DNA of 64,000 nt, taken from contig DAHUYE010000041.1 in assembly GCA_027315345.1 (NCBI GenBank), positions 3,204 to 67,203 of the forward strand, written 5' to 3'. Below are positions 36,796 to 45,445 of the stretch, piece by piece (position 1 is the stretch's first letter; the number at the start of each line of letters is the position of its first letter). The translations under genes and the position numbers were made by a program. The notes below the pieces were generated by a model, which saw nothing but the letters and a program-made list of their open reading frames with translations, did not search any database and had not been told where the DNA came from. The stretch comes from Actinomycetota bacterium. GTDB lineage: Bacteria > Actinomycetota > Acidimicrobiia > Acidimicrobiales > JAJPHE01.

Positions 36796-36841
36796 ATATG
36801 CAGATATGAGCATACACTCTGAGACAGACGTCACATCTGTC
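36796..36841. promoter_or_regulatory. Two short inverted repeats in the divergent dsrE / rhodanese-MBL promoter region (candidate operator of the adjacent ArsR-family regulator)
   Basis: TATGC-(8)-GCATA at 36797-36814 and GACAGA-(7)-TCTGTC at 36823-36841, in a locally AT-richer patch. Confidence 0.3.
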
Positions 36842-36872
36842 GGGGGAGGGCCAGGCGACATGCCGGTACGAA

Positions 36873-38000
36873 ATGGTTGACACGATTAGAGGTCTCGAGC
36901 TCTGGGAGGGCCTGAGGACAGGGTCCATCCCCCGGGTGGTGGACATGCGCAACGAGGATGACATCCGCGCCGCGCCCTTCGACGGCCCACCCGGGACCAT
37001 GGTCGATTCAATCCCCATCTGGCGGGCGCTGGACGAGCCGGAGCAACTGGCCGGGGCCATCGAGGACGGCACCGCCCTGGTCTGCGCCCTGGGCCACGGG
37101 GCCGAGATGGTGGTCGACATGCTGGCTGAGTCAGGCCGGCGGACGGTGGCCCTCGAAGGCGGGATGGCGGCCTGGGCCCGCCTGCTGGTGGCGGTGGAGA
37201 TCGGGCTTCCCCCCGGCGCCGGGATCAGGGTCTGGCAGGTGCTGCGCCCGGCCAAGGGCTGTCTCTCCTACGTGATCGGTGTTCCCGGCCGCGGGGCGGT
37301 GGTGGTGGATCCGGCGCGCTTCGTGGCGCCGTATCTGGAACTGGTCGAGTCGGCCGGGATGCAGCTGGTGGCGGTGGTGGACACCCACCTTCACGCCGAT
37401 CACATCAGCGGTGGAGCCGAGCTGGCCCGGACCGCCGGGGTCCCCTACCTGCTACCGGCCGGTGATTGTCCGGAGGGGACCTTCCCCGGGGGGGACCCGG
37501 CGTCGCTGGAACTCGACCCGGAGCGCCGGGCCGAGATCATCCGCCTGCACCTCCCCGGTCACACGCCCGGCTCCACGGCGGTGTCGGTACCGGGGGTGCT
37601 GTTGGCGGCCGGGGACACCCTTTTCCCCCACGGAGTCGGCCGGCCGGACCTGACCGGCCAGGCCGAGGTGTTGGCCCGCCAGCTCCACGCCAGCATCCAC
37701 GACCGCCTGGCCGGGATACCGGCCGACACCCGTCTGCTGGCGGCGCACTGGTCCCGGCCCGAGGACATCGGGGCCGACGGGACCGTCGTCAGCCGGCTGG
37801 GCGACGTACTGGGCGCCGATCATCTGACCGGCCTGGACGTCGACCGCTTCGTGGAACAGGTCGCCGCGACGCTGGCTCCGGCCCCCCCGTCCTACGATCG
37901 GATCCGTGAGATAAACGCCGGCGCCGAGGCCGGGGAGGAGGAGCTCGAGATCCTCGAGGTCGGGCGCAACCAGTGCTCGGCTGGCATGAGGCCGAGCTAG
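36873..38000 (+). CDS. Rhodanese-like domain fused to an MBL-fold (persulfide-dioxygenase-like) hydrolase
   Basis: N-terminal rhodanese-homology fold (VVDMRNEDD...VCALGHGA...GGMAAW), then VVDTHLHADHISGG and LPGHTPGS metal motifs. Confidence 0.78.
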   Translation: MVDTIRGLELWEGLRTGSIPRVVDMRNEDDIRAAPFDGPPGTMVDSIPIWRALDEPEQLAGAIEDGTALVCALGHGAEMVVDMLAESGRRTVALEGGMAAWARLLVAVEIGLPPGAGIRVWQVLRPAKGCLSYVIGVPGRGAVVVDPARFVAPYLELVESAGMQLVAVVDTHLHADHISGGAELARTAGVPYLLPAGDCPEGTFPGGDPASLELDPERRAEIIRLHLPGHTPGSTAVSVPGVLLAAGDTLFPHGVGRPDLTGQAEVLARQLHASIHDRLAGIPADTRLLAAHWSRPEDIGADGTVVSRLGDVLGADHLTGLDVDRFVEQVAATLAPAPPSYDRIREINAGAEAGEEELEILEVGRNQCSAGMRPS

Positions 38001-38087
38001 ACACCCGGGCTTCAGCCCAGCCCGCTCACTGGTTCCGGGCGGCGGAACCGGGAAGAATGGTGGGCTCAATCGAGGAAGGACGCCACC

Positions 38088-38405
38088 GTGGAGGAAACGC
38101 AGCGAGCCGAGGTGATGGCCCTGCATGCCAGGCTTTGCCAAGCCCTGGCCGATCCGAAGCGGCTGCTGCTCATCTACGAGCTCGACGCCGGGCCTCGGAG
38201 CGTGGGCGAACTGTGCGCCACCCTCGGCATTCCTCAATCCAACGTCAGCCAGCACCTGTCCATCCTGCGTGACCGGGGCATTGTCACCGCCTCGCGTTCG
38301 GGCGGCCGAATCGAGTACCGCCTGCGCGGTGAGAAGGTGGTTCAAGCTCTGGATTTGCTGCGTGAGTTCATGAGGGAGCAGGCCACCACGGCCCTCCTTC
38401 ACTGA
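38088..38405 (+). CDS. ArsR/SmtB family transcriptional regulator
   Basis: LADPKRLLLIYEL...VGELCATLGIPQSNVSQHLSILRDRGIV winged HTH. Two Cys residues (in RLCQAL and ELCATL). Confidence 0.88.
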   Translation: MEETQRAEVMALHARLCQALADPKRLLLIYELDAGPRSVGELCATLGIPQSNVSQHLSILRDRGIVTASRSGGRIEYRLRGEKVVQALDLLREFMREQATTALLH

Positions 38406-38413
38406 GCAGGCCC

Positions 38414-38455
<42 letters not shown>

Positions 38456-38456
38456 C

Positions 38457-38663
38457 TCAGCCCACCCGTCGCCGCAGCAGGCGGCTGAGCACGGAGGAAC
38501 CCGATCCCGACGCTTCAGGAGCGTGCCCCTGGCAGCGGTCCGCCTTGGGAACACCGGCCAGAACCTGGTCCACATGGCGGCCGCAGCCGGCCCAGGTCGT
38601 CTTGGAGCACTTCTTGCACCTCACTGCACGACACATGGCAGACGACGTCCTTTCGTCTTTCAT
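38457..38663 (-). CDS. Small cysteine-rich protein (CxxC...WAGCGxH...C)
   Basis: 68 aa from ATG 38663: MKDERTSSAMCRAVRCKKCSKTTWAGCGRHVDQVLAGVPKADRCQGH. An alternative start lies at MCRAV. Confidence 0.55.
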   Translation of the reverse strand: MKDERTSSAMCRAVRCKKCSKTTWAGCGRHVDQVLAGVPKADRCQGHAPEASGSGSSVLSRLLRRRVG

Positions 38664-38798
38664 CCGGATGGTCCGGACCTTCGACTTATACCCTATGGGG
38701 TACTCGGACCGAACGGACGGGCTCCCAAGCAGAGCTTTGGGATACCCAAGGTGGAAGGTGCTACCGGCGGACCGCACCCGTCGTTACCATCGCCCCTG

Positions 38799-40373
38799 AT
38801 GACCATGACGGACGGCCGGCCCTCCGAGCCGGCGGCGCCCCGGTGGGTCAAGGTTCTCGATCAGACCAGGTGCATCGGCTGCCACGCCTGCACCACCGCC
38901 TGCAAGAGCGAGAACTCGGTGCCTCTGGGCGTCACCCGCACCTACGTCAAGTCGGTGGAGGTGGGGACCTACCCACAGGTCCGGCGCAACTTCCAGGTGA
39001 CCCGCTGCAACCAGTGCTCCGACGCCCCCTGCGTGGCCGCCTGTCCGACCCGGGCCATGTACCGCCGTCCGGACGGCATCGTCGATTTCGATAAGTCGAT
39101 ATGCATCGGCTGCAAGGCGTGTATGGCCGCCTGTCCCTACGACGCCATCTTCATCAACCCCGAGGACCACTCGGCCGAAAAGTGCAACCTCTGCGCCCAC
39201 CGGCTCGAGATCGGCCTGGAGCCGGCCTGCGTGTCGGTCTGCCCGACCGAGGCCATCCTGGTGGGCGACCTCAACGACCCGACCTCCAAGGTGGCGAGGA
39301 TCGTGCAGCGCGAGCCGGTCACGGTGCGCCGCCCGGAGAAGGAGACCCGGCCCGGGCTGTTCTACAAGGGAGCCCACCAAGCCACCCTCGACCCACTGGC
39401 GGCCCGCCGCCCCGACGGCGGCCTGTACGCCTGGTCGACCCAGGGCGATCCCTCCAACCCGCAGCTGGTGGCCGCCGGTCACCCCTCGCACCACAACTCC
39501 TCGGCCGCCGCCCTGGTCTCCTACGACGTGCCCCACCTGGCCCCCTGGGGGTGGCGGGTGAGCCTGTACACCTGGACCAAGGGCCTGGCGGCGGGCGCCC
39601 TGGCGGTGGCGGTCGTGCTCGCCTATCTGGGGCGGCTCGGATTCTCCAGCTCGATCCTGCGCTACGCCGCCCCCTCCCTGGCCCTGGCCTTCCTGGCCGT
39701 GACCGGGGGACTGCTCATCTGGGACCTCAAGCACCCCTTCCGCTTCTACCTCATCTTCACCCGGCACCACTGGGGCTCATGGCTGGTGCGGGGCTCGTTC
39801 ATAATCGGCGCCTACGGTGCTGCCGCCAGCGCCTTTCTCCTGGTCGGGATTCTGGCCGGGACCGGGGCGGTGGCCGAGTCGGTGGCCGTGACGGCCATGA
39901 AGGTGATCGGTGGCCTGGCCGTGGCCGGGGCGGTGGGCACGGCCTGTTACACGGCTTTCCTCTTCGCCCAGGCCAAGGCCCGGGACCTGTGGCAGAGCCC
40001 CCTCCTGCCCCCCCACCTGGCGGTGCAGGCGGCCCTGGCCGGCTCGGCGGCGCTGATCCCCTTCGCCTACGGCAGCGGACTGCACCCGGCCCGCGCCGCC
40101 CTGGAGGTCACCCTGGCCCTGGCCGCCGGGCTGCACCTGCTCCTGGTCCTGGGTGAGCTGACCCTGACCCATCCGACCGCCCACGCCCACCTGGCCGCGG
40201 CGGAGATGTGGAGGGGCCGCTACGCCCGGTTCTTCTGGCCCGGCCTGCTGCTGATCGGCGTCGGAGTGGCCGCCCCCTGGATCGGGTGGGTGGCCGTCCC
40301 CTGCGCCCTGGCCGGTCTGCTGGCCCATGAGCATTCCTACGTCCAGGCCGGCCAGTCCGTCCCGCTGGCCTGA
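38799..40373 (+). CDS. Fused 4Fe-4S ferredoxin subunit + NrfD/PsrC-type membrane anchor of a Mo-bisPGD oxidoreductase
   Basis: N-terminal half has four Cys groups (CIGCHACTTAC, CNQCSDAPCVAAC, CIGCKACMAAC, CNLC..C..C). The C-terminal half has about 8 TM helices. No signal peptide or TM precedes the FeS domain. Start at ATG 38799. Confidence 0.85.
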   Translation: MTMTDGRPSEPAAPRWVKVLDQTRCIGCHACTTACKSENSVPLGVTRTYVKSVEVGTYPQVRRNFQVTRCNQCSDAPCVAACPTRAMYRRPDGIVDFDKSICIGCKACMAACPYDAIFINPEDHSAEKCNLCAHRLEIGLEPACVSVCPTEAILVGDLNDPTSKVARIVQREPVTVRRPEKETRPGLFYKGAHQATLDPLAARRPDGGLYAWSTQGDPSNPQLVAAGHPSHHNSSAAALVSYDVPHLAPWGWRVSLYTWTKGLAAGALAVAVVLAYLGRLGFSSSILRYAAPSLALAFLAVTGGLLIWDLKHPFRFYLIFTRHHWGSWLVRGSFIIGAYGAAASAFLLVGILAGTGAVAESVAVTAMKVIGGLAVAGAVGTACYTAFLFAQAKARDLWQSPLLPPHLAVQAALAGSAALIPFAYGSGLHPARAALEVTLALAAGLHLLLVLGELTLTHPTAHAHLAAAEMWRGRYARFFWPGLLLIGVGVAAPWIGWVAVPCALAGLLAHEHSYVQAGQSVPLA

Positions 40374-40412
40374 CCAGGGCACAGAGCCCGATAAGAAGGC
40401 GGTAACCGACCA

Positions 40413-43364
40413 ATGGCTGACCCCGACGAGAAGACCCCCGATCTGGCCGCTCTGGGAGCCCGGGTGTCGGCGGCCCGAGCGGCCACCGAGGCCCGGGGCG
40501 AGACCTTCTATCAGGGAGCCTCCCGGACTGTGCTGGCCGGCTTCCCGCCCATCGAGAGGTGGGACGACTGGGTGGAGCTGGACTCCCGGGCGTGGCCGAA
40601 GAGGGTCGAGCACCACTCGATGCTGGTGCCGACCACCTGCTTCAACTGCGAGTCGGCCTGTGGGCTTCTCGCCTACGTCGACCGTGAGACGCTGACCGTG
40701 CGCAAGTTCGAGGGGAACCCGGAGCATCCCGGCTCCCGGGGCCGGAACTGCGCCAAGGGCCCCTCCACCCTCAACCAGGTGACCGATCCCGACCGCATCC
40801 TGTATCCCCTGCGCCGGGCCGGACGCCGGGGCGAGGGCAAATGGGAGCGGGCCAGCTGGGACGAGGCTCTCGACGCCATCGGGTCCCGGTTGCGGGCGGC
40901 CATCGTGGAGGGTCGCCAGAACGAGATCATGATCCACATCGGCCGTCCCGGTGAGGACGGCTTCACCGAGCGGGTCCTGGCCAGCTGGGGGGTCGACGGC
41001 CACAACAGCCACACCAACGTGTGCTCCTCGGGGGGCCGCACCGGTTTCCAGTTCTGGACCGGGATCGACCGGCCCAGCCCCGACTATGCCAACGCCAAGG
41101 TCATCTTCCTCATCAGCGCCCATCTCGAGACCGGCCACTACTTCAATCCCCACGCCCAGCGGATCACCGAGGCCCGGGCCAGCGGGGCGAAGGTCATCGT
41201 CGTCGACACCCGACTGTCCAACACGGCCACCCACGCCGACTACTGGCTGTCGCCCCGCCCGGGTAGTGAAGCGGCCATCAACCTGGCCATCGCCCGCCAC
41301 ATCATCGGTTCGGGCCGGGCCAACTGGGACTTCATCCGCGACTGGTGGAACTGGCAGGAGTACCTGAGGGACTGCCGGCCTGAGGGCCCTCAGACCTTCG
41401 AGGCGTTCCAGGCCGCCCTGGGCGAGATCTACGACGGCTACACCTTCGAATACGCCGCCGCCGAGTCCGGGCTCGACGCCACCGTCATTGCCGAGATCGC
41501 CGAGGTGGTGGCCGGGGCCGGCACAGCCTTTTCGTGCCATTCGTGGCGCTCGGCGGCGGCCGGAAACCTGGGGGGCTGGCAGGTCTCACGCACGCTGTTC
41601 TTCCTGGCCGCCATCCTGGGGGCGGTCGCCACCCCAGGGGGCACCTTCCCCAACTGGTACAACAAATACGTCCCGAAGCCCATCTACACGCCTCCGCACC
41701 CCCAGGTGTGGCAGGAGCTGTCGTGGCCGCTGGAGTACCCGCTGGCCCAGAACGAGCTGAGCTTTCTCCTGCCGCACTTCCTCAAGGACGGCCGGGGCCG
41801 TCTGGACACCTATTTCACCCGGGTCTACAACCCGGTTTGGACCAACCCTGACGGACTGTCGTGGATGGAGGTCCTCACCGATGAGGACAAGGTGGGCTGT
41901 TACGTAGCCCTGACCCCGACCTGGAACGAGTCGGCCTACTACGCCGACTGGATCCTGCCCATGGGTCACGCCTCGGAGCGCCACGACACCCACTCCTACG
42001 AGCAGTACGACGGCCAATGGGTGGGCTTCCGCCAGCCGGTGCTGCGGGCGGCCCGGGAGCGCCTCGGGGAGGACATCACCGACACCCGCCAGGTCAACCC
42101 GGGCGCGGTGTGGGAGGAGAACGAGTTCTACATCGAGCTGTCGTGGCGGATCGACCCGGATGGATCCCTCGGCATCCGCTCCTTCTACGAATCCAGGGCC
42201 CGGCCCGGAGAGAAGTTGTCCGTCGACGAGTACTACGGCTGGATGTTCGAGAACTCCGTCCCCGGCCTGCCGGAGAGGGCTGCGGGAGAGGGCCTGACCC
42301 CGCTCCAGTACATGCGCCGCTACGGGGCGTTCGAGATCACCCGGGGTCGTGGGGCGATCTACTCCGAGGACATCCCCGGTGATGAGCTGGCTGACGTGGC
42401 CGTGACCGACATCGGACGGGTGTACTCCGCCACCCCCAAGCCGGACTCGCCCAACTTGGCACCCCAGGGGGCGCCGGAACCCGATGATCAGGGCCGTCGG
42501 GCGGTCGGGGTCATGGTGGACGGCAGCGTGCGGAGGGGCTTCCCGACGCCGTCGGGACGCTTGGAGTTCTACTCGTCCACGCTGGCCGGTTGGGGCTGGC
42601 CGGAACACGCCCTGCCCGGTTACATCAAGAGCCACGTCCACCCGGACAACATGGCGGCCGACCAGATGGTCCTGCTCTCCACCTTCCGCCTTCCTACCCA
42701 GATCCACACCCGCTCGGCCAACAGCAAGTGGCTTGATGAGCTCTCCCACACCAACCCGGTGTGGATCCACCCCTCCGACGCCGGCCGGCTCGGGGTGGCC
42801 CGGACCGGTGACCTGGTCCGGGTCGAGACCGAGATCGGCTACTTCGTGGCCAAGGCCTGGATCACCGAGGGGATTCGCCCCGGAGTCGTGGCCTGCAGCC
42901 ATCACATGGGCCGCTGGAAGCTGGTCGGCCATGACGCAGTCGGCAGCGGCGGGATGATGGCGACCGTTGCTCTCGACCGCGACCGCGAAGGCTGGACGTT
43001 GCACCCCCGTCAGCGGGTCAAGCCCTACCCCTCCAGCGACCCTGACACCCAGCGAATCTGGTGGTCCGATACCGGTGTACACCAGAACCTCACCTTCCCG
43101 GTACACCCCGATCCGATCTCGGGCATGCACTGTTGGCACCAGGCTGTCCGGGTGCGCCCGGCCGGGCCGGGGGATGCCCACGGAGACGTTTGGGTGGATA
43201 CCGCCAAGGCCCATGAGGTCTATGACCGGTGGCTGGCGATGACCCGGCCGGCGGGGACCTTTTCGCCCGACGGCAACCGCCGGCCCACGTGGCTCATGCG
43301 ACCCCTCAAGCCGGCAGCCCGGACCTTCAAGCTCGACGCCGCCGCTCCGGCCGGCGGGTCGTAG
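40413..43364 (+). CDS. Molybdopterin (bis-PGD) oxidoreductase catalytic subunit, no Tat signal
   Basis: 983 aa. N-terminal FeS motif CFNCESAC...C(AKG), candidate Mo-ligand region HTNVCSSGG, MopB-type core and C-terminal barrel. An in-frame TAA 21 nt upstream of the ATG excludes a longer N-terminus. Confidence 0.88.
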   Translation: MADPDEKTPDLAALGARVSAARAATEARGETFYQGASRTVLAGFPPIERWDDWVELDSRAWPKRVEHHSMLVPTTCFNCESACGLLAYVDRETLTVRKFEGNPEHPGSRGRNCAKGPSTLNQVTDPDRILYPLRRAGRRGEGKWERASWDEALDAIGSRLRAAIVEGRQNEIMIHIGRPGEDGFTERVLASWGVDGHNSHTNVCSSGGRTGFQFWTGIDRPSPDYANAKVIFLISAHLETGHYFNPHAQRITEARASGAKVIVVDTRLSNTATHADYWLSPRPGSEAAINLAIARHIIGSGRANWDFIRDWWNWQEYLRDCRPEGPQTFEAFQAALGEIYDGYTFEYAAAESGLDATVIAEIAEVVAGAGTAFSCHSWRSAAAGNLGGWQVSRTLFFLAAILGAVATPGGTFPNWYNKYVPKPIYTPPHPQVWQELSWPLEYPLAQNELSFLLPHFLKDGRGRLDTYFTRVYNPVWTNPDGLSWMEVLTDEDKVGCYVALTPTWNESAYYADWILPMGHASERHDTHSYEQYDGQWVGFRQPVLRAARERLGEDITDTRQVNPGAVWEENEFYIELSWRIDPDGSLGIRSFYESRARPGEKLSVDEYYGWMFENSVPGLPERAAGEGLTPLQYMRRYGAFEITRGRGAIYSEDIPGDELADVAVTDIGRVYSATPKPDSPNLAPQGAPEPDDQGRRAVGVMVDGSVRRGFPTPSGRLEFYSSTLAGWGWPEHALPGYIKSHVHPDNMAADQMVLLSTFRLPTQIHTRSANSKWLDELSHTNPVWIHPSDAGRLGVARTGDLVRVETEIGYFVAKAWITEGIRPGVVACSHHMGRWKLVGHDAVGSGGMMATVALDRDREGWTLHPRQRVKPYPSSDPDTQRIWWSDTGVHQNLTFPVHPDPISGMHCWHQAVRVRPAGPGDAHGDVWVDTAKAHEVYDRWLAMTRPAGTFSPDGNRRPTWLMRPLKPAARTFKLDAAAPAGGS

Positions 43365-44296
43365 TGGCCCGAGCGGCGGTGACGGGGCCCGCCGCGGACA
43401 CGGTCGGCCCGGCCCGGTCCGCAACCGGGCGGGCCCGGATGGCGGCTGGCGACCGTTGGGAACTGCTCCGGGCCCTTGGCGCTCTGATCCTGGACGACCC
43501 GACTGTCACCCCGGCGTTGAGCCGGGCCCTGGGTCTGCCGGAGTGGAGCCGGGCCGACCACACCGGCATATTCGTCCTCGACCTGCCTCCCTACGCCTCG
43601 ATCCACCTCGGCCCGGAGGGCAAGTTGGGAGGCGAGGGGGGCGATCGGGTGGCCGGATTCTGGCGCACCCTGGACCTGGATCCGCCCTCCGACGCCGATC
43701 ACCTGTGCTCCCTCCTGGCGCTCTACGCCGAGTTGGGGACGGCGGCCCAGGAGTGCGTCACCGCCGCCGCCGCCGCCCGTCTGGACCACGCCCGGGCGGT
43801 CCTTCTGTGGGAGCACCTCTGGTCGTGGGTCCCGGGATACCTGGCCGCGGTAGCCCAGGACCCGGCCGGGAAGGCCTGGGCAGAGCTGACCGGCCAGGCC
43901 CTGCGAGCCGAGGCGGAGGCCACCCCCGAGCCGCCCGAACTGCCCGCGGCCCTGCGTCACGCCCCCGAGCCCCTCGATCCTGGATGCGACCTGGCGGAGC
44001 TGTTGGACGGGTTCACCGCCCCTGTCCGGGCCGGCTTCGTGCTCACTTACCGGGACCTGCTACGGGCCGGCGCCGAGATCGGCGTGGGGGTCCGGCGGGG
44101 GGAGAGGCGTTTCGCCCTGCGCTCGATGATGGAGCAGGACCCGGTCGCCACGCTGCGCTGGTCGGCCGGCCACGCCCGCCGATGGGCCCGGATCCACGGG
44201 GACCAGCCCGACCACGGCGCCGGTACCGGCCGATGGTGGGCACAGCGGGCCGCCGCCACCGCCTCCTGCCTGGACGAGATGCGCGCCGGGCGCTGA
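43364..44296 (+). CDS. TorD/NarJ-family redox-enzyme maturation chaperone
   Basis: Core LPPYASIHLGPEGKLGGE....DADHLCSLLALYAEL matches the TorD/DmsD/NarJ pattern. The start is either GTG 43364 (overlapping the upstream stop) or ATG 43439. Confidence 0.65.
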   Translation: MARAAVTGPAADTVGPARSATGRARMAAGDRWELLRALGALILDDPTVTPALSRALGLPEWSRADHTGIFVLDLPPYASIHLGPEGKLGGEGGDRVAGFWRTLDLDPPSDADHLCSLLALYAELGTAAQECVTAAAAARLDHARAVLLWEHLWSWVPGYLAAVAQDPAGKAWAELTGQALRAEAEATPEPPELPAALRHAPEPLDPGCDLAELLDGFTAPVRAGFVLTYRDLLRAGAEIGVGVRRGERRFALRSMMEQDPVATLRWSAGHARRWARIHGDQPDHGAGTGRWWAQRAAATASCLDEMRAGR

Positions 44297-44343
44297 CACC
44301 CGACCGGACTCTGCCGGGGGCGCCCAGGGCTACGGTCACGCCG

Positions 44344-45261
44344 GTGGCCTCACTGGAGAGCGTCGAGCTGTTCGAGTTGCGCCTGCTGCACGCCGTGGCC
44401 GAAACCGGCAGCCTGGGCCAGGTCGCCCTGCGCTACAACGTTTCCCAGCCGGCGGTCAGCATGCGCATGAGTCAGCTGGAGCGCCGGCTCGGGCTTCGCC
44501 TCCTACGGAGGGACCCATCCGGGACCCGGCTGACCTCGGCGGGCGAGGAGCTCCTCGTGGCAGCCCGCCCCATGCTCAACTCCGCCGACGCCCTGCTGCG
44601 GGTGGTGGACCGGCTCCGGGCGGAGGCTGCCGGCCGGTTGCGGGTGGCGGCGTCCTTCACCGTGGCCGAGTACCTGGCTCCGGCCTGGATCGAGACCGTC
44701 CGCTCCGAGGCGCCGGAGGCGTCGCTGGCCCTGGAGGTCCTCAACTCATCCCAGGTGATCGTGGCCGTCGAGGAGCGCCGGGTCGACGTGGGTTTCGTGG
44801 AGGGGGCCGAGCGGACCCTGCCCACTCTCACCACCCAGATGGTGGCCACCGACGAGCTGGTGGTGGTGGTCGCCCCCTCCGTGCCGCTGGCCCGCCGGCG
44901 TAAGCCCCTCGGCCCGGCCGAGCTGGCCGGGCTGGACCTGATCGTGCGGGAGCCGGGGTCCGGTACCCGGGAGATCCTCGACCGGGCCCTCGAGGCGTGG
45001 GGAGGCCCCTCGTCGCGTCTGGAGCTGGGTTCGTCCGAGGCGCTTCTGGCCGCCGCCCGCCGTGGGGAAGGCCCGGCCGTGCTCAGCCGTCTGGCGGCCG
45101 CTGACGACCTGGAGAGCGGCCGGCTGGTGGTCGTGCCCGTCAGCGGTGTCGACCTGACTCGGACCATCCGGGCTGTGTGGGCCGCGGACACCGTGCCCGG
45201 CCCTCTGGCCCGCCGCCTGCTGCGGGCCGCCGTCCACCCCGAGGGCCCCCGAGGGCCCTGA
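44344..45261 (+). CDS. LysR family transcriptional regulator
   Basis: HTH LRLLHAVAETGSLGQVALRYNVSQPAVSMRMSQLERRLGLRLL plus a LysR substrate-binding domain. Only the last third of the 601-aa track ORF is this gene. Confidence 0.88.
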   Translation: MASLESVELFELRLLHAVAETGSLGQVALRYNVSQPAVSMRMSQLERRLGLRLLRRDPSGTRLTSAGEELLVAARPMLNSADALLRVVDRLRAEAAGRLRVAASFTVAEYLAPAWIETVRSEAPEASLALEVLNSSQVIVAVEERRVDVGFVEGAERTLPTLTTQMVATDELVVVVAPSVPLARRRKPLGPAELAGLDLIVREPGSGTREILDRALEAWGGPSSRLELGSSEALLAAARRGEGPAVLSRLAAADDLESGRLVVVPVSGVDLTRTIRAVWAADTVPGPLARRLLRAAVHPEGPRGP

Positions 45262-45301
45262 GGGGTCCGTGGTCCCGTCGCCACCCCTATAGTCGGCGTG
45301 C

Positions 45302-45442
45302 GTGCGCGCCCTGGGTCGAGCAGCGGTGGCCCTGGGCGTGGCCGGGGCGGTGGCATCGGCGCTGCGCCTGTTCGTCACCCGGCGTCCGGTGTCCGAGCAG
45401 GGCGGAGGTTGGCGGGAGCTGACCGGGCCCGAGATGGAGTAG
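45302..45442 (+). CDS. Possible 46-aa single-TM peptide
   Basis: Below the track size cut-off. VRALGRAAVALGVAGAVASALRLFVTRRP..., strongly GC3-biased, ending 4 nt before the next gene start. Weak evidence only. Confidence 0.25.
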   Translation: MRALGRAAVALGVAGAVASALRLFVTRRPVSEQGGGWRELTGPEME

Positions 45443-45445
45443 GTC

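Noticed and set aside
40374-40412. Mis-called start hiding a twin-arginine signal on the molybdoenzyme catalytic subunit
   Set aside because: An in-frame TAA lies 21 nt upstream of the ATG at 40413, and a GAAGG RBS precedes the ATG. No N-terminal extension is possible.
43456-45261. 601-aa plus-strand ORF
   Set aside because: Only the last ~305 aa (from GTG 44344) form a LysR regulator. The first two-thirds is an Arg/Pro-rich alternative frame overlapping the TorD-like chaperone gene.
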